Program-made: the position numbers and the translations under genes
Notes under the pieces: model-generated
Told to the model about the DNA's origin: nothing
Databases searched by the model: none
What the model saw: only the letters and a program-made list of their open reading frames with translations
Shown here: positions 25,919-40,475 of the stretch, piece after piece
Position numbering within the stretch: the first letter of the stretch is position 1
Layout: every line of letters starts with the position of its first letter
From: the human T2T-CHM13v2.0 reference genome, Homo sapiens
Strand: one strand, 5' to 3'
Length of the DNA stretch: 64,000 nt
Assembly: GCF_009914755.1 (NCBI RefSeq)
Contig: NC_060934.1

Positions 25919-28900
25919 CATCATGTTGACCAGGGTGTACACAAAAACACCATGGTTTTCCAGGAAATGTTAGACACCATGAGTTTAAAATATTTAATAA
26001 CATTGAAATAGGTTTCAAAAGCTGTAGTTTAGAATATTAATAATTAATATTTGGCTTACTGCTTATGATTCAAACTTTACAACAGGGATAAATGTTGTAT
26101 AATGTTCTTGCTATTAACTTACTGCAGTTTAATATTTTATTCTTATTCTTCAACAGTATAAATACTATAACACAACATTTTTCTTACAACTAATGTGCGT
26201 GCTGTTTAGAGAACAATCCCCTTACTTCTACCTCTGGGAAAAGGCCTAGTACTTATTTCTAAGGTACATAATTAACTGAACTAGTGCTTATAACATATTT
26301 TAACTCACTGAAGCACTTAACTATATTCCAGACACAAAAAACATGAATCTGCCCAGAATTCTAGGCAATTTGGCCACTTAACTTGGATTTTGTTGAGGAC
26401 TATCAAATTTATTACTTCAGGAGGAATGGAAATTATATGTTGAAATTGTTTTATATCAAATCCAAATATGAATATCATAATTGACATTTGGAAATATAAA
26501 TGAAAGAGGAGATCCAAAGCAGTACATATACAGGTACATAGAAGGCATTTTGAAAAAAGACCTGTTCTGTGAAATGGCTTTAATGCATGATGGACTATTG
26601 ATTGAAAGTTGTGAATTCTTTATAGAGTCACTAGGTGGCATATTACTCTGGGTTGTTTGCCCAGGTACCTAGAAGGAACATGCTATCAAGAAGAGTAGAA
26701 GACATGGAATGCCTTCAAAGAAATAAGCAAGAGTATTTACCGTGCTTCCATAAGGAAGTTTGTTTTCATTGAAGTGAACTAGAATAATTCAAACTGAAAG
26801 AACAGACCTGTTCAGTAACCTGCCATTTCATATGAAAATTATTGAAACTAAAAATCACAACAGTAAAATCATATATAAATCACACCATTTTTGTTATTAA
26901 AACATGATAAAAATATGACATTCATATCTTTATATAAGTATATATTTTAATATATTGCATATTTATGATTATATAAATGTAATAATGTGTAAAAATATCC
27001 ATGTGTCTTAGGGATGCATAGGCTTGATTAAGACACATAAGCAGCTTTTAGATTCCTTTCCTGTAAGTAACTAAGAAGCATTTGCCATGTGTGATTCCTT
27101 TAAAGCTTGATACAAATGTATCTTGAAATTTTTCAGGTGAATATATCATTTTTATTAGAAGAAAGGGAAAATATATATGCTTAGAGTTTTTAAAAGAGTA
27201 TAGAAAAGATGTAAATTTCTAAAAAGTCTAAAACACTAAAAAGAATTTTTTAAATGGCTATATAAATTTCTTCTTTTATTTGTATTTTTCTGGTATTTTC
27301 ATGACAAGGTATATTTCTTGTATTCTTAAAAGACAGTAAAATACACTCTCTAAAAAACATAAAACAAAATGGCAGCATGAAAGTATAAACATTAAAAAAT
27401 AAATGATATTTAACTTTACAATTATGCATCTGCATTTTAAATTCAGCAGAAAAGCATGAACACAGCGCATTCTGGCAGCTAATATATCTTTGGAGAAGTC
27501 ATTGCTATAATGAAGTGAATTTTACTTTGCGAGTTTTTCATAAACTGGGAAGTTTTTTTGTTTTTGCTTTTGATTTTTACTCATACACTAGATTTTATGC
27601 CTTTTTGTAACTTCTGCTTAATACATCAACCATATCATTCCAAATATTATGCAATGTCTCTTCAGGAGTGAGGCTTCCATCACTTCAATATATCTACAAT
27701 TTACAAAATGGTTTAGTGTATCCTTATCAAGGATTTTCTATGCACGAAAGTTAAGTTAAACATATCCTATGTCTTCAATTGCATATTTTACCAATGTCAT
27801 GATACTGGCTCTATTTTCAATATATCACACAATAAAGTGCCTGGTTTGGATTTTTTGTTTTCTTGCTTTTTCAATATAACAGGATTTTATACATGAATTT
27901 AGAATCTGAATATTCAAGGATATCTATCACTGTAATATTTTAAAAGTGCGGATTCAAAATGAAAAGGCATGGTCAATACATTCAATAACAGATCAAAGAA
28001 CAACTGTTTTAAAAAATAAGAATCAGATTGAAAATAGTAGAAAGGGCCATTATTGATGAAACATTTACAGAAGGAATCCAAGTGAGAACCAATTAATTTT
28101 TCGGCCATTCAATTATGTTTCTACTTTTGATTTTCTCTTACTTACAAATTTAAATTAGTACACACTGCTGAATTTTGGGATGCCATTTACAAATTAACCC
28201 ACAAAAATTTAAAAGAAGATATGTATGTACAAACAAACAATACTATTAAGTTTCTAATTTTAGTGATGAAAATAAATTATTTCTGAGCTTTGAATTTTGA
28301 TTTGAAGTGTTATTTACTACTATGTTTAATCACATGTAAGATGCTATTGCTTATGAAATACTATTGCTTATGAAATTTAACACAAAGAAAAACACTGTCA
28401 AATTATGACTGAATTGATTATCACACAAACTTTCAAATTTAGTCTTTTTGAAAAATTAGGCTCATTTATATAGAGACTTTTATCTCATATGACCTTTATA
28501 TGCATGTAAAACAGGAAGATAATAAGTAAAATAAACTGGTTAAGGTATTCTTAATACTTCTTCATATTCAGAGTCCTACTCTTTTAAGTCATCAGTGACT
28601 TGACTTCAAGTCATCAATGCCTTGTTTCACATGTAACATCAACCTCTGTGCCATCAATATGGGAGATGATGCAGCATTTCTTAATGTGCTCCACAACTGT
28701 CTCCAGGAACTTCTTCCAACCTACTATCTGAAAATTCCTTTCTCAAAGGATCTTTGTTTGTTAACTAAAATTTTGAGGCATTGCAATCATACTACCTGCA
28801 GTAACAACCAAGCCTGCACACATGAGAGCAATGACAACTTCATCAAGGCGGCCGCCTGGACAATACCAAGGATAAGACTTTATCAATTATAAGATACACT

Positions 28901-29475
28901 CCAATTTCAGAGACAGCAAGATATTATATCACTTAGAACTGAGAAAACATGATATTCATATTCATTTCTTGTTAATCTACAATTAGAAATAGGAGTCTTC
29001 ATGTATCTTCTAGTCTATGATTATAAAACGTAAGCTAGTTTTTGTGCTGCTCTCAACTATTTAATGAGATTGAATGCATAACACTTTTTAAATATCCATG
29101 TCTCAGATTTCACAACCTACTAAAATATACATATGTGAGATTTCAACAAAATACTTTTATTACAACAATAAATATAAACATCACCGGCTTTAAAGTTTTA
29201 TGGATAATTACAAAGTACAAGCATATGTTTTTGTTAAGGATCTTGGACACCTTGTGAATTTGGTATTGCACTTTAGTGAAGATTTACTTACTACTGCTGT
29301 TCATGTATCAGTCATGAACTCTCAATATGTGAGATTTGAACTGTTTTTATGAACCTAGTTTGCTGTAGAGTCTTGGAAATTTGCTGTATGTAGTAATAAA
29401 GTGTAAATAACTAAATCTACTAAAGCTTTGTTAAATCTACTAAAGCAGGTGTTCCTGCTTCCTTCACTTTGTGGT

Positions 29476-29839
29476 TGATACAGCTTGGCTATGGCCCCAC
29501 CAAAATCTCATCCTGTAGCTCCCATAATTCCCACATGTTGTGGGACGGACCCGGTGGCAGATGATTGAATCATGGGGGTGGGTCTTTGCCGTGCTGTTCT
29601 TGTGATAGTGAATGGGTCTCATGAGATCTGAAGGTTTTAAAAATGGGAGTTTCTCTGCACAAGCTCTCTCTTTGCCTGCTGCCATCCATGTAAGATGTGA
29701 CTTGCTCCTCCTTGCCTTCCACCATGATTGTGAGGCCTCCCTGGCCATGTGGAAGTGTAAGTCTAATGAACTTCTTTCTTTTGAAAATTGCCTAGTCTCA
29801 GCTATGTCTTTATCAGCAGCATGAGAATGGACTAATACA
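29476..29839 (+). mobile_element. THE1 (THE1C-like) solo LTR
   Basis: TGATA...GGACTAATACA; TSD gtggt/gtgat; homologous to 960-1325. Confidence 0.92.
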
Positions 29840-31929
29840 GTGATAATACCAGCTGATAAATTACAATTATTGAAATTTAATTACACCGTCTAAATGGCAA
29901 ACTTCCCTAATACGGGGAGGTGCTAAAAGGGCAAGAGAGAAGATACTAGGCTTTGGATTCTGAAAGGCTAGAATCCTTGGTCTGCCTTATACCCACTGGG
30001 TAACCTTAGACACGTTTCTTAGGTTAAGCTTGATCACTAGTGAAAAAACGAAGAAAACACTTCATTGGTTTGCTGTAGGACTTAAGAATGAGATAACTTA
30101 CATAAATCTCATAGACTATACCCAGCACATAGAAGGGATCCAGAAAATATTAATTTCATCTTCTATTTTTCTGATATAGTTAATTCATAATATATTTTTA
30201 ATAAAATAAATACCTGCTGATACGTACTAATTTGGAAATCTGAAATTCTACCTCCATTTATAGCACCTGAGCTGCTCAGGTGTTATCCAGATTTTTTCAG
30301 CTACGGTCTCTGTATTCCTTCTATTACTCAAAATTATCTCTTCAGTGCCTTGGGGAACACAATGCAGCCAGTGCTCATTAAATCATTTTTCTAAGAGGCA
30401 TTGCCTGGGGCAGGGGGAGGAGGTGCAGGTGAAAACTGAAATCAGTATTTGAACAATTAAAAGAGTAAAAAAATTTTTTTTGAAAACCAATAAAGGAAAA
30501 GAAGATAGGTATATATTAGATAAACATTTACCACAAAGATTCTCTGCATAGGAACTCAGTTGCAATGTTCTGCTCAGTGATAACTGATTATGGCAACTAG
30601 CCCTTTATAACACAGTTCAAAACAGTTACAGACTTGGAGTCCAAGGACTGAGCTGGTTGATTGGTTGGTTGTTTCGACCCATGCTAAGTTTTTAAATAAA
30701 TATTAGTTTCAATATATCAGCATCAAGAGCTTTCACATAGAAATTAGATTTCTGGCTTTTCTTAAATAATCATTAAAAGTTGGCAAGACCGGCTCCAATT
30801 TATTCAATTCTATTACTTCTTTGGCTTTTGATTTATATGAATTTGCCACCAGGGTTCAAAATAAGCTTTCTCCCCTTTTTCGGATACACCATAGCACAAA
30901 ATGCATCTTTAAGTCTGTGTTCTTCCTGGTCTTAAGCTATGCTTTTTATTTTTTTCATGTATTACCCTTTTCAAACCATATCTCTTAGAGCCCTTTCTCT
31001 AAGTAAAATTCAAAAGTAGTCAACCCATGAGACTGTAATCTCCCTGAGAACAGGGACAGGACTGCACCCAGGGAACCCAGGACAGCATGTTGCACCATAA
31101 ACGCAGGTAAGCACAGGTGGTCCTGCTGGGCTCCAAACTGGTGGCAGCTCAAGGAACGAGCCTATAGTGCAAAATCCTAGCCTTTCTTTGCTGTAGCATC
31201 TTTTTACAAATGATATCTGCTTGCTGCTGACCAACTTCAAAACGATGAAGCCAAAAATTGCAATGGTATCAGGTTTTGTAGCACAAAAATAAAGGAAGTA
31301 AATGAATGCATTCTAAAGTAGATGATGAGCCAAAAACCACTATGAATTTCATTTAAAAATCCAAACTTCGTCCAATAGATGCTGACATCTTCATGTGTCA
31401 AGGTGCATTCCAAAGAGAATTTTCTTCTATTACTTAAAAATAATAGCAAAAACCACAATACTTTTGCAACAACCTAAAAACAAATTTAATTTCCTGATAA
31501 AATCAATCATACATTACCATGTATATTTGTCATCCTGATAATTATACACAGTTTGAATAATTATTAGACACTATACAAAAGTTACATTACATCATATTAA
31601 TGCCATGAATCAATATACTGTGTCACGTAAGACCCTAAAAGAGACTTAGGGAAAAATGTATTTGGAAATAAAAAGATGAAATAGCTTCCAAGTTGATTCT
31701 CTCCGCAGAAATATTCCCAACTTTTCAGCTTTGTAATTCTTTTGTTTTAAAATGGAACCAGAGTACAAAATTCTTACAGAAGCAGGCTGGGAATAAGAGA
31801 CACATTTACAAGAAAAAAAAGACAAAACTTCCAGTTATAAACAAATTTAAAGCAAGAAATTTTAAGAAAATGTTAAGGAGATCAGATTTTATTGGAATAT
31901 ATCCTATTAGAATTGAAATTACAAAACTT

Positions 31930-32237
31930 GGCCAGGCATAGTGGCTCACACCCATGATCCTAGTATATTGGGAGGCTGAGGCAGGAAGATAGCTTGAGGC
32001 CAGGAGTTTGGGGCCAGCCTGGGCAACATAGTGAGACTCCCATCTCTATAAAAAATTTTAAAATTAGCTGGATGTGGTGGTGTGTACCTTTAGTCTCAGC
32101 TACTCAGGAGGCTGAGGTGGGAGGATCACTTGAGCCCAGGAGTTGGAGGCTGAAGTGGGCCATGATGGAGCCACTGTATTGCAGCCTGAGTAACAGAGTG
32201 GGACCCTGTCTCCAAAAATTAAAAATGAAAAAAAAAA
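31930..32237 (+). mobile_element. AluJ
   Basis: ggaggatcacttgagcccaggag; TSD gaaattacaaaa. Confidence 0.93.
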
Positions 32238-33469
32238 GAAATTACAAAATTTTTTAGTTATAAATAAATATAAGGCAAGAACAAATTTAAAAGCATTCGG
32301 GTATGAAGGCTACATTGTATTTTGAATCTGAAGACCATAAAAGAAACTTGGGTGGTTCTTCTGAATAGGTCATTCTAAATCTTCAATATTGTAGCATATG
32401 TCATGACTAGAAAGTACCCCATGGAGTAACATCAGTTTGGACCGGTAGACTGTGGAATAATTTGCACTAACTGCATATTTTTATAAGGTTGGGTACCAGC
32501 AAAAATGAAAATAAAAAACCTACCCCAACCAAAAGAGATCTGGGTCCCTGATATGTGGGAATTTTCCCGTGTTGTCTGTAAAGCTCATGTGACTCATGAG
32601 CAAATACGTTTCCTCCACTTCTCTCATTCCTGCAGTGATCAAGGCAGTAAATAATTGTTTGATGTCAACTTCCCCATTACAGTCACATATTCATCAGGCC
32701 TTTATGAAAGGAAATTCCCAGTGGTATAGCTCACCTGGTACTGCCCAAAATCGTGGGCCAAAGCCTTGGCTGCAGTTGTCAGTCATAGCCCACCTGCTTC
32801 AGAAACCTCTTTATAACATCGCTCAGGGGCATCCTCTGACTCCAGACATTAAAAGAGAATCAACTGAGGATGACTGAACTTCTACTAGAAAATGATAATT
32901 ACATACTATTTGAGCCATGGTTAAGTTAACCAATATGCAGAACAGAAGGCATATATCTTAAACCTCTAAATTACTTCTCTTGAGAAGAAACCTTAAGCCA
33001 GCTGTAGCTAAGTGCACCATCTATTTTCCGGCCTGCTGTAAATTTTTTTTTTCTGGACTACTGTTCTATCTTATGCCCTCTGTTCTGGAACAGTTGACAT
33101 GTTGTGTTATGGGATGTAACAGGAATTGCAAGTCTTCTCAGTTTTGCCACTGTTCAAAGTTTATACTTCAATTACAAAGTCCTCAACAGGAATGTGACCA
33201 GAGTGATTTCACTTGTCTCCAGTGCTCTGGAATGCACCTGCTGCCATTGACTAAAAACTCATGCAGGTATCCCCTCTCTATTTGCAGCAGAACAGTGTCA
33301 CTGTCTTTATCCACACATCCAGTCCCACTATTTCCATATCTCTATGATGAATATATACAAAATTTTTACTATATTTTACCCAAAATCTTCCAAAAGAGTA
33401 ATATGTAATGTGACTAGATAAGTAATAAAACAGTAAAATATTTAATACAATAAAAATCAAAGTACAGAA

Positions 33470-34445
33470 ATCTATCAGAGGAGAACAGCTTGGCAGTTCC
33501 TGGATAAGTTAAACATGGAAGTATAATACTAGGCCATGGACTGGCACTGGTCTGTGGCCTGTTAGGAACTGGGTCACACAGCAGGAGTGAGTGGTGGGTA
33601 GTGAGCATTACTGCCTGAGCTCCACCTCCTGTTGGATCAGCTGCGGCATTAGATTCTCATAGGAGCATGAGCCCTGTTGTGAACTGTGCAAGCGAGGGCT
33701 CTAGGTTGCTCTCCTTATGAGAATCTAATGCCTGATGATCTGAGGTGGAACAGTTTCTTCCCAAAGCCATCCCCCTCCCCCACTGCTGTCGTCTGTGGAA
33801 AAATTGTCTTCCACAAATCTGGTCACTGGTGCCAAAAAATTTGGGGACCACTGTACCATATGACCATTGATTCCACTCCTAGGTATATACCCAAAAGAAC
33901 TGGAAACAGGTGTTGAAACAAAAACTTATACAGGATGTTTGTTGAAACTTTATTGACAATAGGCAAAAAATAGAAACAACCCAAATGTCCATCAACAGAT
34001 GGACAAAATGTGGAACATCCATACAATGGAATATTATTCAGCTAAAAAAAGAAAAGCAGCACTAATAAATGTGACAACATGGATGAACATTAAAAACATG
34101 CCAAGTGAAAGAAGCCAGACACAAAAGGACAATATTGTATGACTCCATTCATATGGAACATCAAGAATGGGAAAATACATAGAGAAAGAAAACAGATTAG
34201 TAGTTGCCAAAGCCTGGGGAGAGGGAGGAATTTGGAGGGACTTAATGAGTACAGGGCTTTTGTTGGGGGTGTGAAAGTTCTAGAACCAAAGAGTGGTGAT
34301 AGTTGCTCAACATCATGAATATAGTTAATGCCACTAAACTGTATATTTAAATATATATTGTAACCAATGTATTTTGCAATATAATATATAATTATTACAA
34401 TAGTAAATTTTATGTTATGAGTATTTTGTCACAATTTAAAAAGAA
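33470..34445 (+). mobile_element. L1MB/MC-type 3' fragment interrupted by MER1
   Basis: ttggcagttcct...|taccatatgacc...ccactcctaggtatatacccaa...aagtgaaagaagccagacacaaaagg. Confidence 0.85.
33530..33853. mobile_element. MER1B-like hAT-Charlie element
   Basis: ggcattagattctcataggagc...gagaatctaatgcctgatgatctgaggtggaacagtttc...ttggggaccactg. Confidence 0.9.
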
Positions 34446-35859
34446 TGACAAATTGCCCATGACCTACATGTAAGCAATTGACAAAATGCCCCAGAGGGAA
34501 ATTCTATAAAAGGCCCAGACATAAAAGGGTCCAACTACTTTGACATTAAACGGGGTGTTCTTTTAAAAACGATTTTAAAATTCAAAACACTTCACTGCAT
34601 TGTTGTTATTAAATATAATATAGGATGGCAATTGAAATTCTACTTGAAAAGATTAGGAAACGTTTCTTGTTTTCTTTGCATCTCAATGATAAAAATACAA
34701 AAACTAGAACACAAATTAGTAAACAAGGTGGCTGTATTGTTAGAGACACTGTAATGGTAGAGATGTTGAATGGAAGACAGCAACTACAAAGAAGAGGTTC
34801 TCCTAGGCCTTTGCACCTTCTTCAGCAAACACACAGCAATGCAGCAAACCCCACCTATTACCCATTGCTTTGAAAAGATGAATTCAATACCTTTTATAGA
34901 GTAGTACTCTCTTAAAACCCATAAGGGTCACAAGTATCATCTCATTCAACCGCATTTCTGATATTAGAAAATGGGAGTTTCAGTTCAATGTCACACAGTA
35001 AACTCAATGAACATTTTTATATTTTCAGGTATATTGTCTTAAAATACAAACAGTTGTGGCAATTTAAGCTTGTAAGATTGTAACAACTTGAAGTAGGTGC
35101 TAGGTATTCATGGCAGAAAACAGTGATATTTGTGTGTGGTCATATAAATGGCAATGGGAAATTCCACATCACCTGATTCTGAATCTCATATTCCTTGCAG
35201 CACACTACCTCTTGCTACTATTACATCACAGCCAAGACAACTAACCAAGACTTTGAACCGCTCAGTGCATAGTTCTCTCTTATATACCACCCTATTCCCT
35301 CCTCCTAAATAAATGAGAGTGCCAAGGATTTTTAGAACACAAATATGTGTAAAATATACACTATTATGCTAATATACTTATGTTAATAATCCAAATCCTA
35401 TCTAACATGTATCATCAGAAGTTAATCTTACACAAATATATTAAGAACTATCTCTGCCAACTTTTATGATTATATAATTCAGTATGTTCTGTAAATTTGT
35501 TCCAGAATCAAAATTTCCCTAGAGATAGAGTAAATATATAATTTTCTAAAGCAATTTATAAGATAATATTTGTACAGCTCAAAAGACAAATTTCTAATTT
35601 TCTTATTAGGGAGGAAGGAACCAACATTACATATTACTTTTACCATCATGGAACAAATTATTCTGATTTGTAAAGAAGAAAATAAAGCAAGTCAGATTAG
35701 GATGGCAAAAATTCTGACTTGGGAGACAAGGACCTGTATTTATAGGCCCCCAAATTTCCTTTCTTATCAAATGTGATAAGTAGCACAAAATCTATTCTTA
35801 TGCTAGCAATGCTTTTAACACTAATGAGAACAACAGTTACTATATGCTCCATGCCTTCT

Positions 35860-36196
35860 TTTTAAAAAAAATTTTCAATAGGTTTTTGGGGAACGGGTGG
35901 TGTTTGGTTACATTAATAAGTAGTAATTTCTGAGATGTGGATGTACCCATCACCCAAGCAGTGTACACTGTACCCATTGTATAGTCTTTTATCCCTCACC
36001 ACCCCCCAACCCTTTCCCCAGTGTCCCCAGAGTCCATTGTATCATTCTTAAGCCTTTGCATCTTCATAGCTTAACTTCCACTTATGAGTGAGAACATAAA
36101 ATGTTTGGTTTTCCATTCCTGAGTTACTTCACTTAGAATAATGCTTTCCAATTCCATCCAAGTTGCCGTGAATGCCATTATTTCATTCATTTTTAT
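35860..36196 (-). mobile_element. L1PB-type 3' end
   Basis: ttttcaataggtttttggggaac...catcacccaagcagtgtacactgtaccc...gagttacttcacttagaataatg. Confidence 0.88.
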
Positions 36197-36586
36197 GAAT
36201 GTGTGCCTACTTTTTGCTAAAAACTGTGCTAGCTACTTGACATATACTGTTTCTAATCTTTACATTAAGCCTCTAGGTAGACAAAATATCCCTATTTTAC
36301 AGAAACAAGGACTTAGAAAATTTAAGTAATTTAAACTTTGAATAGCTTTTAAACAGTTGTACAGAATTCAAACTCTAATATATGTGATTCCATTCTCTGC
36401 TCTTTCCAGGTCACCATGCAGAGTATTTTTCTTTCGACCACAAGCCCATGATTAAAAAATGTTTTGAAGAATCTCCATGTTAAAGATTCTAGAAAACTTC
36501 TATAAGTAGCAGACAAAAGGCATATATTGACACATTAGTTTAATACAACCACATCAGTACATCAATTATCTAAAAAGAAAAATGTT

Positions 36587-36845
<259 letters not shown>

Positions 36846-39120
36846 TTATAACTTATATATAATATCTAGAGTTTACCTCCAAAAAACCTTTTATACAAAG
36901 ATAAGGTATTCGGGTTAAAAGCACTTTCATCAAGTGGACTATTAAAAGAAAATTTGTCATTTAAGCAATTAAAATTAATATTTTGTAGTTTTTACACTCT
37001 GATGATATCAAGGTCATTCCTTCATTTTTAGAGCTTTGTTCTAGAAATTCCCTAAAATAGCAAAATTCTATGAAAGACAGTGAAAACTTCTCAATTAAGG
37101 ACTAATGTGTTGGTATAAGTTGGTACTAGCACCTATTTCAAGCTCGTTCACATAATTGAATTCATCAAAAGCCATATGTGGCAATTTTTTTAAAAGCTGG
37201 AATCTAGAGCATATTGCTAGTCTAACTTTATAAGTGCCCTGTACATTTTTAAATTTTAACTATAAGACATTTAATTTTAATTTTTAACTTTAAGACATAG
37301 AGAACAGTTACGGAGAAAAAGTGCTGCTTAATGGGTCAGAACAGGGAACTTCAAATGTCTGAAACCAAGCTGTTTCCTGAACTTCTCTATTTGTCCAAAA
37401 CAGATTCAGTGAAATAACCCCACATTTGTAGTAGGAGGAAATCCATTAAATTTCTGATAGGCATCTCTGTTGGGGGATAGGGATGAGAACCCATAAAATC
37501 ACAACCACAGTTGCTTTTGTTTTTAAAAAGAAACTTTGAAGTTAACTCATAAATATTTGCTTGAATACACGATTCACTTAATTACCTGTAATTATACATA
37601 AAATCTTTTTCATTAATAGACCACCGTGGTTCAACTTCTGTATTTTTGATGTTCCTGCTATGTTAAAATGAACTGGCTTGAAAAAACAGAAATCATCACT
37701 CAAGATAATATGAAAATATTCCAAAGAGATTTTTCAACTTTGTAAAATGCCAAGGTAAATTATCTAGTGGCAAAATCACTGTATGTAAAAACTAAATAAG
37801 TTAGCATCATGAAAATAACAATGGGAAATTGCACAATGCTCTCAGAAATTATGTGGAGGTTAAGCTTTGTTTCAAGGAATTAGCGTGGTTTGCTATAATT
37901 ATTGCTTAATTTTTCACTAAGTACACACAAAATGCTGACATTAAATATGACACAAATGCATGGAGTGGTGCAGCCTGTATTCCAAGGTAATATTTCATAA
38001 GCTTCATTGATATCATTTGCAAAAATTATCATGCATAAGCATCATATCAAGGTTTAAGTTTCTGATGTACATATTTTTATTTCCGTTTTATTGAGTAGAC
38101 TGGGTACCAAGGGGGAAAGTAATTGTTAAATGGAGGCTTGAGAGATGTGGTTTCCTGCAAGAAGTTTTAAAATTCCTCACGTACATAAGGCACAGTGGCT
38201 AACAAGGAAAGTGGAAAGTAAAATAAAAGTTCATCATTCATTCACTCAGCAAAAATTCACAGGATGCTGTACTGTTCAGGTATCATGTATCCCCAGCTAA
38301 CACCCTAAAATATTTTTCGTGACATTTAAAATTCACAAAACATTGGTTGGATTCTGGGAAGAAAAAATAAAATAAACATTTGAGGAGTGTGTGAAGAAAT
38401 CTTTAAAGTTCATGCCAACTGGGACAGTCCATGATGAGGTCAAATGATGTTTCTTCCTCAGAGCCTGAGCACCACAAGGCCTTTCCCAAGCCATTCCTTT
38501 CTCCTGCAGTGTCTTCTCTCCAGAGTGGACCCAAGTCCCTGTGGTGACTGAGCACACTCACCACTCAAGAGTCATATCAGCCAGACCTTCCCTGGCTACT
38601 CTGATCATGAATTGTGTCTGAGCCCTAGCCTCTCTCCACTGTAGCAGCCTCTTGTGTAATTTTAACTAGTGATAACTAGTGATAGTTAGCATTAGTTATG
38701 CACTGTGTATGTTTATTGTCTGCCATGTTCACTCATGTATTCCTTGCACCTAGAATAGTAAATGCTTAAAACAAAGGAAGGAATCAATGGTATGGCACTG
38801 GGGCAGAATCAAAATGATAAAACAGACCTATTAAATAGTTTTGCATCATTACGCTTATTTTAAAACACCCACTTGGTAGAAATGCCCAACAAACATATCT
38901 CATGGAATATATAACTTAAAAGACTAGTGAGTTAGAAGTGAAAGATGAAAGTTTTAAGGTTGTCTACAAAGACAGCCTGCATTCAGCAAATTGCTTAATG
39001 TTCCAAATTTCACTATCAAAACTCTTCTTATGCATTAAAACTTCATAATTGATTAAAGTTTTGTTTTTCTTATGGGTGCTGTTAAAGCTAGTATATTAAT
39101 GGCATCTCTAAAAATGTTAA

Positions 39121-39391
<271 letters not shown>

Positions 39392-40134
39392 TGATGACAG
39401 AGGATTTCAGAGACAAAGGTTGTAAAATCAATAGAGGTTGAAAGAAATTTCTAGATTTTTAGCTATTAACATAGCCATGGGATAAATTACATCATCTAAC
39501 AGACAGAAAAAAAATGCATTAAAAACTTAAAAAAAATTAAAGTGCATAAAAGTCATATCCATAGATGGGAATTTTTATTTGAGACAGATGACAAAGAACA
39601 CCATTGTATGTGCTAATCGTGCAATATTAATTATTCATATGATTAACATTATTTTCTTGGCAAGCAGGTACAATGACTCAAACAACAAAGTCTATATCCC
39701 CCCCAAAGTCTATATCCTTTCTTTCAGAAAATATATACCAGAGTTATTTATTATAAACTCATCAAATGATTATGAACAACAAAAAATTAAGAATTTCAAG
39801 AATAGTAATCAGGACTCTTTTTTTCCTTTTATTATTGATAAATCACAATTCATTAAATTCACTGGGTTTTTAAAAAACCAAGCTTTATAAATATCATCTT
39901 GAAAACCACCTGGTCCAAATGTTCAGATTTATGATTAAGCAAGCAGTTTTCTGTTAGAGTGCTTCTAGAAATATTTTTCCTACCAAACTGAAAACTGCAC
40001 TACAGACCTTTGCTATAGTGCTTGGCATTACAGAGCACCACTTTATCTGGAATTTATTAAGGACAAAAACAAGCCCCTTTCCTCTCACCCCAAGCTAACC
40101 TTACTGGCTCCCAGTCCCAGCTCAGAACTCAATA

Positions 40135-40475
40135 CAGATTCACAACCCATGATCTGAAATCCTTGCAGCCAGCCAAGCTTTGGAATTCAGAACTTTTTCA
40201 TCTTAGAAAGCTATGTATAAATATTATGAACATCCCCAGCAGTGTCTTGGGGCAGCATCCCATAAGCAAAGAATTTTTACTTTTTCAGCAAAACATATGA
40301 ATACTCACACTAAGTAGGATGAATAAAGACTATAAATAGCTTCACGTAGGTCAGATCAGGTTTTGCTACCAAATGTGCTCAGGTCAGGTCAGATTTTGCC
40401 ACCAAAGAAGTTAAGGAAAAAATTTCAGTTTTTCATTTTGGATTTTGAAATTATGGAGAAGAGATTTTCAGTACC
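40135..40475. mobile_element. MER46C-like TcMar-Tigger element
   Basis: cagattcacaaccc...ctgaaatccttg...ggaattcagaacttttt...ttggattttgaaattatggagaagagatt. Confidence 0.7.

Noticed and set aside
26456-26668. Minus-strand open frame after ttccttctag
   Set aside because: No convincing donor and no recognisable protein similarity.
28343-29447. Short tandem duplications (ctattgcttatgaaat twice; taaatctactaaagc twice)
   Set aside because: Ordinary slippage duplications with no further structure.
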